Of a DNA stretch of 64,000 nt, positions 51,086 to 64,000 are shown piece after piece (position 1 is the first letter of the stretch; every line of letters starts with the position of its first letter). Origin of the DNA: Octopus bimaculoides (Eukaryota); NCBI RefSeq assembly GCF_001194135.2, contig NC_068987.1:81594829-81658828 (forward strand). The letters run 5' to 3'. The position numbers and the translations under genes were made by a program. The notes under the pieces are model-generated. The model had not been told where the DNA came from and made no database searches. It saw only the letters and a program-made list of their open reading frames with translations.

Positions 51086-52569
51086 AAGACTTTCCTTACT
51101 ATAAACTTGATAGCATATTCCTCTAAGTATGTATGGTGTGTGTATGTGAATGTGAACCCACATGTCTGTCTGCAATAACAATAGTAATGATGTTTTTATT
51201 ACACAGTAGGTGATTTTGTAAGAAACAAGAACTATGGTTGATTGAATTGACTCCAAAATCTAGCAGCCATATTATTTTATCAACATCAGAAAGATGAACC
51301 ACCAAAACAGCCCATATAGGATTTAAACTCAAATCTATTTGTTTCCAAATGGAGCACCATCAAGAATTTTACGTACTATTACTTTCACAGAAATAATAGA
51401 AACTTATAATAAACATAATCTTAAGTTTAATCCAGAATTTCTTACGCTGTTTAACACCAGACACAGAATCTTATAAAATGAATCAGTAACAATTACCTTT
51501 TTTTTTTATTCTGTTAATTATTTAATGACACATTGTCTTAGAAAGAACTTTTAGTTGGTATTTTATATACTACCTAATCACCATTAGATCTGATTCTATT
51601 TATTCATACTCATCTTCCATCTTATTTACTCATGAACAATAGAACTTAATAATAGATAAGCAATTATTTTTCTCATTAAATAGGATGTTCAAGAACCATC
51701 ATCTCTCATCTGGTTCCTCAAACCACCTTTCACAGTCTAAAAAGGCCAAACTGAAACATTGACTATTTCTTTAACTACCATATAAATACATTGTTTTTGT
51801 GATTGTTTCTACATGCAGTTAAAGTTGACTTCATTTTCATACATCGGGGTATTTACACTATTTCAAATCTTTAAACACTAGAAACAATGCATGAAAGCAA
51901 AAAGTATCACATCTTCACTCACCACACCATTATGATAACTTCTCTCATACAATATCAATACTTTGCCAAAGATGACATATCAACTTTCAAAATCTGTAAC
52001 CTAAAAGTCTACAAAGAATTTTTCAAACTTATCAACATTTACAGTTAACAGTTCTCTTATTTACAAGGTGGCATTTTTCTGCCAGTATGCTATCTTGGAC
52101 TGTTCTAATCTAAGATATCTCAATAAAATGTATGAGGAGGAAAACCAAACTATATTTGCTGCACATCAAACGTTGTCTGTAAAATTACATTGACAATATG
52201 AGGAAGGGTTGTCTGCAGTAGAACTTTATAGCTAAAACTGGAATTGGAACAATAGGATATATATTAGTGTGGGTTTTAGAACACAATGCATTGCAGACTG
52301 GAGACATTGGGTTTTTGAGACAACACAGTTTTAATAGGACCACCATGTACTTAGGTTGTTTGAGATATCAGCAACATTACCTTCCTTTCACATTGCAATA
52401 TTGTAGGTTATGTCTTAATTTTTCTGCTCTCAATCTTTTTTTTTTTGCTTCTAAGTTAATAACCCTGATATTGTATTAGAGAAGACCTGGAAATATATGC
52501 TTAAGTAATATGAAACCACTTTCTCTTTTTATCTTAAATCACTTACTCTTAAGAATCTTTTTATTCGTG

Positions 52570-52594
52570 CATGCGTGTGTGCGTGCGTGCGTGC

Positions 52595-52673
<79 letters not shown>
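52570..52673. repeat. (CGTG)n(TG)n microsatellite
   Basis: Direct reading. Confidence 0.95.
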
Positions 52674-52676
<3 letters not shown>

Positions 52677-53329
52677 GAACAGAGCACCATAAGTTAATCC
52701 AAAGAAAGACTGAACAAATGAAAGGTGAGATTGATAATCCAGAAATCTCAGGCCTTGTAAAAGCTCCTTCAAAAATTTAGATTTACAATCCATTGACATT
52801 ATTGATAAGAGATGCCTTTCTGGAGTAAGGTAACTATAGTTATGTCATTTTCTACTGTATTTTAACCCTTATAATCTTCAGCAGAATAACATATTCTTTA
52901 CATGCCAGATCTTTTCCATTCCATGTAAAGTGGACATTTCTGAAATTCAATTGTCTTCATTTATTACTTAAGGATGTTATTATAATCATCGATATCAATT
53001 GTTTATATATGGAAACTTCAACGTTTTCAATCAGGCACCCACTCCATTCTGTATACGTATTCAATGAAGTTGAATAAGTATATTCTTGGGAATATACTTT
53101 CTAGGGAAAGCAACTTTTAGATATTTGAAGCCAGCCATAATAAACCAATATTGCAATTTTAGACTTACTTTTCAAACAATCAGTGTTATAGTATTAGGAA
53201 CACTAAATAATTTACTTAGGTTTTTCAGCCAAATATCCCTTTAGTAAAGCCTTGCTGGTTCTGTTCATTTCTTTTTTCCTTCATCCATTAATCTCATCTT
53301 AAAAATACTATTATTTATTTTTTCAACAC

Positions 53330-54720
53330 AGTTAAAAAAATCCAACAATCTCACTATTCACTTATTGTTTCTGCTTATAGAATTTCTCTTGAAATAACTT
53401 GACATGCTTATGTTGCCTTTAGTTGATGCCCTATTCTCCAACATCAATGATTCTAATCATATTTTCAACCTTTTGACTTCTGTAGCCTCCAAACTTCTCT
53501 TTACTATGGATGTAAAATCTTTATCTTCAATAACATTGACCTATCAGCCTTTTAATATTTTGATTACTCTGTAAAGGAAACCATTATAATTATGCTTCTC
53601 CAAATAGCCAAATTAATCTTCATTCTTAACTACTTTTTCTTTGATGATTTTTATCAACAGATTTGTGGCATAGGTTTAAAGTTCTTTATATCCTCTTTGT
53701 AGCCTGCATAGTGATCCAGATTACTGTTCCCTTCACTGGTCTAACCCCAGAGCTATACTTCTCCATCAGTGACTGCCTCAACAGTACATAAAATATCAGA
53801 AAAGGACTCACATACTTTATCTTAGTCATTAACAACTTCTACTGTGCAAAATACTTCACTTTCACTGTTGCTGGCTCCTCTGTCAGCTTCCCAGACATCT
53901 CTGTCCCTATTTATAACATCTGTATTTCTAACTTCGCATTCAGTAATACTTATTCCTATCTTAGTTCTTGTAATTCTCATCTCACTCAGTTCATATCTTC
54001 TATCCCATTCTCCCAAATTATTTGACTCTATCATCTTTTCAGCTGGGATTCAGTCTTTAAAGTCAAAGAAATACACCTCTTTCCCTTGACGTATTGTTAT
54101 TCTCATTCAACCAATGATACTGTACTCCACTGAGCCCAAACTATTAGCAGAGCTACATCATTCTTGTTACATGTGTTGTACATCAGTAGAACAACAGAGT
54201 CCCTTCTCTATCACTTTACATTCAGCAATCTTTTTTATGCACTATCTTATGCAATTTCTGCTATCTACTCAACCCCTGATACTACTCCAAGCTTCATGAT
54301 AACTTCTTTGCATCAAGAAAGACAAAATTCTGTGACATTTTGATCAAGCTCTTCCTTGTCCCCAACCACATTCAGCTTGGTTCCTACTTTCCGATAACCC
54401 TGCTCCAGATGCCATACTTGTTTCATTAGCTTTCATGTCACAGTCATACACAACTCTAAAACCTAGTTCCATTTCATTGATTACTGTTTTGATGACTACT
54501 TCCAAGAACACCTTGATGTCCAAAGCAATATGCAGATCATCTCTAAAACCAATATCTGAATTTCAATTTGTCAGGTTACTCTACAGATCATCTCTCAGTC
54601 TGTGTTGTTATCTTAGGTAACAGATCCTTTCATATGTACAAAGAGAAAGAAAAACATGTCATCTTTAATCTCAATAATTCTACTAAAATCAACAAATGCT
54701 TTTCCTTTTCCTAATTTGCT
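53330..54720 (+). mobile_element. Decayed Penelope-like element ORF (RT, linker, partial GIY-YIG)
   Basis: LLFTMDVKSL; LNYFFFDDFYQQICG; INNF...FTFTV..SSVSFPDISV; SSIPFSQII; SRCHTC; QEHL; terminal EKHVIF...INKCFSFS*. May extend upstream toward ~51650. Confidence 0.8.
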
Positions 54721-56788
54721 CTTTTCCCCTACTGTAGCCCTCTCCTCCATTTCTGTTTTTATTAGTTTATATTCTGATGTTGTGCGTACATATGCCTCAA
54801 ATGTATTTCTCTGCAATATCTTACCACCCTACACCCATGCTTAACCTCCTTTCCTCTATGTACCCTTTGACCTTCTCTCGCTTCTGTTTTCTCTTACTCT
54901 TTTCTTTCCATTCTTTGTTTTCTTCCTTCCTTTTCCTATGAACTCCTTTTCACGTCTCTTGTACTGTATATCAGTATTTGCATGTATGTGTATTCATGTA
55001 TGAATGACTACATATGTATATGAGAGCACTTGTGTTTGCTTCCGTGTGCATGTGTATATGTATAAACCTTGTGAACCATCGATCAAGCATGTATGCAGAC
55101 AAATATATAACTACTATCATGTATTTTAATCTTTTTAAATCTTTAGTGTCTCCTCACTTGTCTACGTGTTTTTCATGTATACGTGTGTATGTGTATGTGT
55201 GTGTGTGTGTGCACATGCGAAATATTTTTTTAACCCTAGATCAGCTCTGTGTGAGCAAACCAATAGATATTCCAGACGTGGGACCATCCCATGTCTTTTA
55301 CAGATACAGCTTATTAGGTCTACGTTACTCAGTGTATCTTTACTTTTTGTAAGGCAATGGGGGTGGGAGTGATTTGGACGAGATTTGACTGCTATTTTCA
55401 TCAGGTTGAGCAGCCACTTAGAGGAATTTGCCTTTGTTTCTTATATATTGTCTTCATATGTATTTACATACAGATTTTTCACACTGCTTCCTTCTCCTTT
55501 GATTACCTCCACCCTTTCTATTTCCTTTCATTGCTTTGGATTGGACAGTGATTTTTCTCTCAGTTTTTGTTTCTTATGCCTTACATCTTTTGATTTCGTT
55601 TAGAACCATTTAATATACTCTCACTTCCCTTTCACAAAAGATTCCTACCAAAAACACTAGTATTACCCCCTCCCCGCCTTCCCCCCATCATCCTGCCCAC
55701 AGTATACAAAGTTATTTTTTGCAAATTTTATTTACTGTGTGTTTCTTTTTTTCACTTAGGTCATCACAAGTATTCTTAGACTTCACTTTTTAAAATTTTT
55801 TTTTAAATACAAAAATAGTTTGATAATATTTTCCTTTTTATAGCCAGCTACTGCCAACAGAGTGGTCTGGTCAGCAGGTTTCTGCTAATGCTCTATATCT
55901 GTATATAGGCTGTACCATTATCCTACCTTTTTCTGTGTGTTTCTTCTTATAATGCTACTTTGTGGTAAAAACAATTAGTTCATATCAGACCATTTCTTCT
56001 AAATATATTTTGACTCTGTTGAAGAGATGTCTTAACATTTCTTATTTTCCATGTGTTGTTTGAGTATATTTCTTTGAAATATATTCAATCTATGAAAGAA
56101 TTATCATTAAACCAAATTTCTGTATATCTTTTGAAACACTTACGCTAATCAATATTCAAAATAGCTTTTATTGCAACATATTAATTAGAATTCTTATGTG
56201 ATATATTTTTGAAAATAATCAAACAGCCACTCAAGTAATATTTAACACTGCTAAGTATAAGATAGCAATTGCTTTCAAATCGAAGAAATTATATTAAAAC
56301 AAGAATCATAAATTTTAAATAATTATTACGACTGAGCATAGAATAGAATATTTCTCTAGCTTCAGCAAAAGATAATCTAAAAGCTTCAATACTTGCTTAT
56401 TGAGTATTGGCAAGATTTTCAATAAAATAAATAAAGGCAATGCATGTAGATTAATTTTAAAAGCTTTTCTTCTTAAAAATAAGGAAATTTCGAGAAATCA
56501 AAAATAAGTTGAAAATAAATTTATGAAGGAAGTGATTCTGAGAGAAAAATCTACAATTAGATCAGCTCTATCATGATGTAACAGTATTCTATTGATTAGA
56601 GTATAGGTTTTAACGGTATTGAGTAGATTAGCTTCTTGTTTTACTTCTTTCTCCAGAAATAGCAATGGGGAATATTGTGTTTAGTGTACTCGCTGGTATA
56701 TTATAAATATCTGCTGATGAATGTGACACATTATAAGAAATGTTACATAAATTTCATTCGCTTAGGAGATGCTTGTAAGATTTACAAC

Positions 56789-57180
56789 TTTCTTCTTCTT
56801 CTTCTTCTTCTTCTTCTTCTTCTCCTTCTTCTTCTCCTTCTTCTTCTTCTTCTTCTTCTTCTTCTTCTTCTTCTTCTTCTTCTTCTTCTTCTTCTTCTTC
56901 TCCTTCTTCTTCTACTTCTTCTTCTTCTCCTTCTTCTTCTTCTTCTTCTTCTTCTTTTTCTTCTTCTCTCACCCCTCCTCCTCCTTCTTCTTCTCTTTCT
57001 CCTTCTTCTTCTTCTCCTTCTTTTCCTTCTTCTTCTCCTTCTTTTCCTTCTTCTTCTCCTTCTTCTTTTCCTTCTTCTTCTCCTCCTCCTCCTCCTTCTT
57101 CTTTTTCTTCTTCTTCTTCTTCTTCTTCTTCTTCTTCTTCTTCTTCTCCCATCCACCTCCTCCTCCTTCTTCTTCTTCTA
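56789..57180. repeat. ~390-bp (CTT)n/(CCT)n polypyrimidine tract
   Basis: Almost pure C/T on plus; ~21-nt higher-order unit repeated near 57000-57075. Confidence 0.97.
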
Positions 57181-57214
57181 GTCATCGTCGTCATCATCAT
57201 AATCATCACCATTA

Positions 57215-57500
57215 TTAGATGTAAAGACGAGGTGAAACAATCACCAAAATCCCTACAGCTTAATTCAACATCTCGGTAAAGTTATTGCCTAGATCGATCT
57301 GAGTGGCGTAAAAATGTGTCATGATGCATCTAAACAATTTGAGTTGAAGAAACAGAACCATAAAAGAATTATATCCTGCAATCAACAAACACATTTGTCC
57401 AATCCCATGCAAAATCAAAATCATTACTGTCCCCGTTGTGACTTCATAGCAAAATCCATTCCTGGATTCAAATTACATTCATGCATCCACTGCAAACAGA
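57215..57500 (+). mobile_element. RTE-like LINE 3' fragment with C2H2-like motif
   Basis: DRSEWR and YCPRCDFIAKSIPGFKLHSCIH resemble RTE C-termini. Confidence 0.5.
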
Positions 57501-57586
57501 TGCAGATTCTTTTATTTTTAATCCTTTTTTTTTTCTTTTAAATCTTCTTCAAACACTCATGTCAAAATCGTCAAGAGTGACCATCG

Positions 57587-57588
<2 letters not shown>

Positions 57589-57680
<92 letters not shown>

Positions 57681-58320
57681 GGCAGCGAGCTGGCAGAATC
57701 GTTAGCACGCCAGGTGAAATGCTTAGTGGCATTTCGTCTGCCGCTACGTTTTGAGTTCAAATTCCGCCGAGGTCGACTTTGCCTTTCATCCTTTCGGGGT
57801 CGATTAAATAAGTACCAGTTACGCACTGGGGTTGATATAATCGACTTAATCCGTTTGTCTGTCCTTGTTTGTCCCCTCTGTGTGTAACCCCTTGTGGGCA
57901 GTAAAGAAATAGGTATTTCATCAGTCATTATGTTCTGAGTTCAAATTCTGCCGAGATTGACTTTGCCTGTTATCCTTTCGGGATCAATAAAATAAGTACC
58001 AGTTGAACATTGGGGTCAATGTAATCGACTCATCCCCACCTCCCCCAAGCTGCCTTTGTGGCAAAAATTTGAAATAATAATAATTATTATTATTAAGGTG
58101 GTGAGCTGGCAGAATTGTTAGCACACCGGGCAAAATGCTTAGCTGTATTTCATAACTTATTATGTTCCGAGTTCAAATTCCACCAAGGTTGACTTTGCCT
58201 CTCACCCTTTCAGGGTCGATTAAATAAGTACCAGTTACACACTGAAGTTGATGTAATCGACTTGACCCCTTCCCCCAAATTTGAGGCCTTGTGTTTCCAG
58301 TAGAAAGGATTATTATTATT
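57589..58320 (+). mobile_element. (ATT)n tract followed by three head-to-tail SINE family B copies
   Basis: Copies at ~57679-57912, ~57912-58075 (5' truncated) and ~58095-58320. Confidence 0.9.
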
Positions 58321-58729
58321 ATCTTTACTAAATATAATTACTCATTAAAAGAACATTTTTTCAGAAATAAATTATTTTATATTTTAATCTTTCTTTAACA
58401 CTTCAAATTATTTTAACAAACCTAACAACAAAAACTTAAGCCGTATTAAAAGAAATGCCACATTTAGGTTAGACAAGCCTGACTGGTACTTCTAAACAGT
58501 ATTGATAAGTTTTAATGTATTGAAGATTGTGCCTGAAGGTAAATTTCCAGATTGGATTTACTCCAGTTGCGTGTTGAATTACTAAGAATTTTTTTCAAGA
58601 TAACGTTTTTTGCCAATCATGTGAATTGGTTTGTTTATCCAAAATTAGTTTATATGTAAAGGTTGTGTTACAGAGTTGATTGAATCTATGGTTTATAGGG
58701 AGTTAAAAATAGATATTGCCTGACAGTAA

Positions 58730-58990
58730 GTCATCATCATCGTCATCATCATCATCATCTTCATCATCACCACCATCATCATCATCATTGTCGTCGGCGT
58801 CGTTGTCATCATCATTTAATATTCACTCTTCCATGTTTGCATGATTCAAATTGAATTTGCTGAGGTAAATTTTCTATGGCTGGATGCCTTTCCTGTTACC
58901 AATTTTCGCCTGTTCTCAAGCAAGGTAATATTTCTTTCTGATCAAACATGTTTTACATGGAAGAATGGCAATGAACAACATTATCTGTTT
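58730..58990 (-). mobile_element. Family D tail
   Basis: (CAT)n and ggctggatgcctttcctgttacca on plus. Confidence 0.65.
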
Positions 58991-59029
58991 GATGGCGACA
59001 CACATTAACAACCATGATGTGAAGGCAAG

Positions 59030-59066
<37 letters not shown>

Positions 59067-60290
59067 GAATATATATATGAGCATGCCAGGCTCATAAGGG
59101 CCGGTTTACCAGTTTCAATGGTGTATATACTCTCCACCTGGATGGGACGTCAATCCGTTGCAACTCATTTTTGCCAGCTGAGTGAACTGGAGCTATGTGA
59201 AATGAAGTGTTTTGCCCAAGAACACAATGTGTCATTCAGTCCAGGAGACACGTGCTATCCATTTCTTAATTATATGTTAGTGTTATGGTGTGGTTATTGA
59301 TGAGAAATTCGCCAAGCAAATTATTGTATTTGCTAAAAAAAATTTGGAAATCTAGGTCTGACCGGAATAAAATAACAAGGTAAAAGTTTTTATTTTACAT
59401 TCCTTTCTAAAATTGCTCTTAAATGTGGTTTTGGTCATTTTGACTACTTCTAGCATGTAAAAACTGCCTGTTGAAGGCAGTTTTCTCTTGTGATTAAATG
59501 TACACTATTTTATATATGTATATATATATGTATATATATGTGTGTGTGTATGTATATACAAATATGCATACACACATANNNNNNNNNNNNNNNNNNNNNN
59601 NNNNNNNNNNNNNNNNNNNNNNNNNNNNNNNNNNNNNNNNNNNNNNNNNNNNNNNNNNNNNNNNNNNNNNNNNNNNNNNNNNNNNNNNNNNNNNNNNNNN
59701 NNNNNNNNNNNNNNNNNNNNNNNNNNNNNNNNNNNNNNNNNNNNNNNNNNNNNNNNNNNNNNNNNNNNNNNNNNNNNNNNNNNNNNNNNNNNNNNNNNNN
59801 NNNNNNNNNNNNNNNNNNNNNNNNNNNNNNNNNNNNNNNNNNNNNNNNNNNNNNNNNNNNNNNNNNNNNNNNNNNNNNNNNNNNNNNNNNNNNNNNNNNN
59901 NNNNNNNNNNNNNNNNNNNNNNNNNNNNNNNNNNNNNNNNNNNNNNNNNNNNNNNNNNNNNNNNNNNNNNNNNNNNNNNNNNNNNNNNNNNNNNNNNNNN
60001 NNNNNNNNNNNNNNNNNNNNNNNNNNNNNNNNNNNNNNNNNNNNNNNNNNNNNNNNNNNNNNNNNNNNNNNNNNNNNNNNNNNNNNNNNNNNNNNNNNNN
60101 NNNNNNNNNNNNNNNNNNNNNNNNNNNNNNNNNNNNNNNNNNNNNNNNNNNNNNNNNNNNNNNNNNNNNNNNNNNNNNNNNNNNNNNNNNNNNNNNNNNN
60201 NNNNNNNNNNNNNNNNNNNNNNNNNNNNNNNNNNNNNNNNNNNNNNNNNNNNNNNNNNNNNNNNNNNNNNNNNNNNNNNNNNNNNNNNNN

Positions 60291-60323
<33 letters not shown>

Positions 60324-60374
60324 CACATACACATATATATGTATGTGTGTATGTACACACACACACACACACAC

Positions 60375-60530
60375 GGGCTTTCAGTTTCTGTCCACCAAAT
60401 CCATTCATAAGCTCTTGGTTAGCCAAGGGTTATAACAGAAGACACTTACCCAATGTACCACACAGTGGCACTGAACCTGAGACCACATGTTTGGGAAGCA
60501 AGCTACTCAACCAAACAGCCACATCTGCAC
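60375..60530 (-). mobile_element. SINE family A (5' half)
   Basis: Its internal microsatellite runs into the gap 59579-60290. Confidence 0.8.
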
Positions 60531-60690
60531 CTGAATTTCAAATAAATCTGATATGGTTTTGTTAATGTTAGGTAACTATAAGATAGCTGACACAATAAAA
60601 CATTATTCCATATCTAGATCAGTGTTGAGCTATTATGACTTCAAATATCACTTTGGGTTTACTTTACCTTTCATCCTTTTGAGATCAATA

Positions 60691-60741
<51 letters not shown>

Positions 60742-61240
60742 ATCAAAATTATGGAGTGACTTCAATCAGTTACAACTTTTCTACTATAAACTTCACAGCT
60801 AGTAATAAAATATTGTCTCGGACACTTGTTGTACAAATTATATAAAGGTAATATTAGATATAGCATGTGAATGATATCTATGAACTATGACTACAATATG
60901 AATATTTGTATGTATTGAGAGTGATTGGTTGGTTGGTTGGTTGGTTGGCTGGTTGGTTGGTTGTTGTGTGGTCAAGTACATGAGTATTTGATCAAATGAC
61001 TTGGTTCAATCTATAGATCCACTGCTTCAGATATACTGTCTCTGCCTAGCTGAGGATCATGCTTCACATTCCATTATGCAGTTATTCATCACATGAAGTG
61101 TTACATAACAACTTGTATACTTACTGATGTTTAACTCCAGGTCAGCTTTGAATGAGCGTATCTATGATTAAAGGCATTACAACCTTGATTATTTTGTACT
61201 TGGGCATATATTGTCCTCTCTATGTCCTTTCCCTTTTTAA

Positions 61241-61435
61241 TCCTTTAGCAATTAAACCAACCATATCCAACCCAAATATTCTATCTGTTGTATGATCCAA
61301 CTGGTTAAATCTCACACCTATTCTAAAAATAAACAATCACATCTTTGAAATCAGTTACAAAATATTATATAATTAATCTTTAAAAATATGAATAATTAAG
61401 CAATACATTTGACAGAGTAATCTGAATGCTAAAGA
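61241..61435 (-). mobile_element. piggyBac-like MITE (empty-site paralogue of 41151-41502)
   Basis: TTAA|tcctttagca...gaatgctaaaga; contains ctcacaccta without the hAT insert. Confidence 0.65.
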
Positions 61436-61699
61436 CAGCAAAGTTGATTTGGAGAAATTTAGCTTCTATTTCTAACAGGTTGAACAATTCCCTCATGAAC
61501 TTATAAGTCTATAGATTGTGTTATTGCACATAACAGAGTTGGACTAGGAGGAATCAGTTAGAACATAACAGTTGCTGCTGTGCTGCATTCATCATTAGTA
61601 ATGTGTATCCCAGCTCAATGTATGGAGCTAATGAGGTTTTCATGATGATGCATTTTTTGAAATACATATATTTTATGTTGCTTGAACTGGATTGAGGAA

Positions 61700-63266
61700 A
61701 TAATGTTTACATAATGTTTTTCCTATGTTGTTGTAGTAATATTCTGGCATGCTGTCGATTTATCAGTTTGTTTGTGAGCGATGTGATCCTATATGTAGTG
61801 GCAGGGATTGAGACAGCCAGAAATTGATACTACAACATGCTGTGCCCTTCATGTCTCCAGGGGTTCTATCACTTTTAGTATTTTTGTTATGTTGCATAGG
61901 TCACGTGTAGATATGGCCTGTGTGCAACCTGTCATAATGCAAAGGTGTTGCACATTTTGTAGTTAAATAATGAGGTGTAATGGAGAGATTTGTTATTTGC
62001 TCAAGAAGTACTGGCATTTCCATGTTGGATTTTAAGTATTGTGTATACCCTGATGTTGTTAAATTCTGTTGACTAAATTTAGACCCTGTGGTGAGTGCTA
62101 TATATTTGTGTATCATTTTATTTTCATTAGTATAAGTCCATAAAAGGCAGTGAGCTGGCAGAAACGTTAAGCATGCTGGGTGAAATGCATAGCGATATTT
62201 CGTCTGTCTTTACGTTCTAAGTTCAAATTCCCCTGAGGTTGATTTTGCCTTTCATTCTCTCAGGGTCAATAAATTAAGTACCAGTTGCATACTGGGGTTG
62301 ATCTACTTGACTGTCCCCCCTCCCCCAAAATTTCGGGCCTTGTGCCTAGAGTAGAAGAGATTCTTTAAGGTGGCAAGTTGGCCGAAACGTTACCCTGCTG
62401 GGCGAAATGCTTAGCAGTATTTCGTCTGTCTTTACATTCCGAGTTCAAATTCCGCCGATGTCGACTTTGCCTTTCATCCTTTCGGGGTCGATAAATTAAG
62501 AACCAGTTACACACTGGGGTCAATGTAATCGACTTAATCCATTTGTCTGTCCTTGTTTGTCCCCTCTATGTTTAGCCCCTTGAGAGGTAATAAAGAAATA
62601 AGAAGCATTAGCATGCTAGGCGAAATGCTTAGCACTATTTCACCTGTCTTCATGTTCTGAGTTCAAATTCCACTGAGGTCAACTTTGCCTTTCATCCTTT
62701 TGGGGTTGATATATTAATTACCACCTGCATACTGGGATCGATCTAATTGACTGCCCCTCCCCCTCTCCCAAAATTCCGGGCCTTGTGCTTAGAGAAGAAA
62801 AGATTATCATAAGTTATAAAAGGTGGCGAGCTGGCAGAAATGCTAGCACACCAGGCAAAATGCTTAGCAGTATTTTGTCTGTCTTTACATTCTGAGTTCA
62901 ATTTCCACCGAGGTCAACTTTGCCTTTCACCCTTTCGGGGTTGATAAATTAAGTACCAGTTGCGTACTGGGATCAATCTAATCGATGGCTCCCTCCCCCA
63001 AAATTTCAGCCCTTGTGCCTAGAGTAGAAAAGATTATTATAANNNNNNNNNNNNNNNNNNNNNNNNNNNNNNNNNNNNNNNNNNNNNNNNNNNNNNNNNN
63101 NNNNNNNNNNNNNNNNNNNNNNNNNNNNNNNNNNNNNNNNNNNNNNNNNNNNNNNNNNNNNNNNNNNNNNNNNNNNNNNNNNNNNNNNNNNNNNNNNNNN
63201 NNNNNNNNNNNNNNNNNNNNNNNNNNNNNNNNNNNNNNNNNNNNNNNNNNNNNNNNNNNNNNNNNN

Positions 63267-63316
<50 letters not shown>

Positions 63317-64000
63317 TACACATGTATGCATGCATGTGTGCATATGTGTGTGCATGGTATGTTTATGTCGTTGGGTATGATGGTTAATTGTATTGAACAA
63401 TATCTTGAGGTTTTGCAGTTGCTACTATTTCATTGGAACTAAGTTTCCAGGGATTGTATAATAAGTCAGAAAAGATATGCAATGTGTCTGAAGAAAGGCA
63501 GCAAAAATGTGATTGTAATATCACAAAGTTTTATGTTTATTTAGTGGAAATATGGGACATTTGCAGTTACAGGTTAAAAAGAGTACATATCAAGATGACT
63601 CTTTGTGCAAAATTACATATATTAGATACGTTCTTATATACTACATAGATTTGACAACCCAAGATAGTTTACTATTCAGCATTTTGCATTGTTTCTTAAG
63701 TAGGCTTTGAATAGATTTTGTATAAGAAATAGCATCCATATAGAAGCTTCCTCATTGGCTCAATACATTTTGCATATGTTTGCTGCTGGAGTGTTGCCAT
63801 GTTACGTTTAGTTATTTGCAATGTGATGTAGCTGCTGTTAGAGTCGTTGATGCTGTTTATCATTTTATATAATGTTTCACTTGTTTTGTAGTAGATTGAA
63901 ATATTTCTGCTTCCCAATTATGTTTTGAATTATTTCCCTCTTTAGTTGCTTGATGACAAGTTCTACTTCACTTGTATGTAGTTGATATGTTGTGTTTGAG
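61700..64000 (-). mobile_element. Highly decayed R4-like LINE, interrupted by a SINE train and a gap
   Basis: Frameshifted HDRVA..I.W.LC.H-like motif near 61900-61950 and KLLYG.Y (PLHG.Y-like) near 63730. Confidence 0.4.
62144..63042 (+). mobile_element. Four head-to-tail SINE family B copies with two tail types
   Basis: Starts at ~62144, ~62367, ~62605 and ~62819; copy 2 has the alternative tail. Confidence 0.92.

Noticed and set aside
55240-55300. Possible hammerhead in the 3' region of the PLE at 53330-54720
   Set aside because: Core motifs not intact (ctgtgtga, cagac); cannot be supported.
56675-57218. Poly-Leu/Glu/Arg/Phe ORFs
   Set aside because: Frames of the CTT repeat.

Overview
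AT-rich, microsatellite-dense eukaryotic DNA from a gapped assembly (7 N-gaps). The SINE, RTE and microsatellite repertoire points to a coleoid cephalopod, probably Octopus; this is inference from recalled repeat families. I found one convincing host coding exon: a 112-nt internal exon of SPO11 (29134-29245, +), missed by the ORF track. The rest of the window is probably SPO11 intron filled with transposons, though the neighbouring exons were not found. Contents: a decayed Ty3/Gypsy gag-pol, a young solo LTR, Penelope-like (PLE) remnants, R4/NeSL-, RTE- and CR1-type LINE fragments, at least four SINE or SINE-like families, and hAT, piggyBac and Tigger MITEs. The most interesting signal is three distinct hammerhead-ribozyme motifs with palindromic stem III (284-371, 23416-23461, 27165-27295). 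One lies in a tRNA-headed SINE-like element whose inverted flanking copy restarts twice exactly at the predicted self-cleavage site. None of the supplied long ORFs is a host gene. All protein-family calls are by-eye motif recognition; no database search was run, and boundaries of old repeats are approximate.
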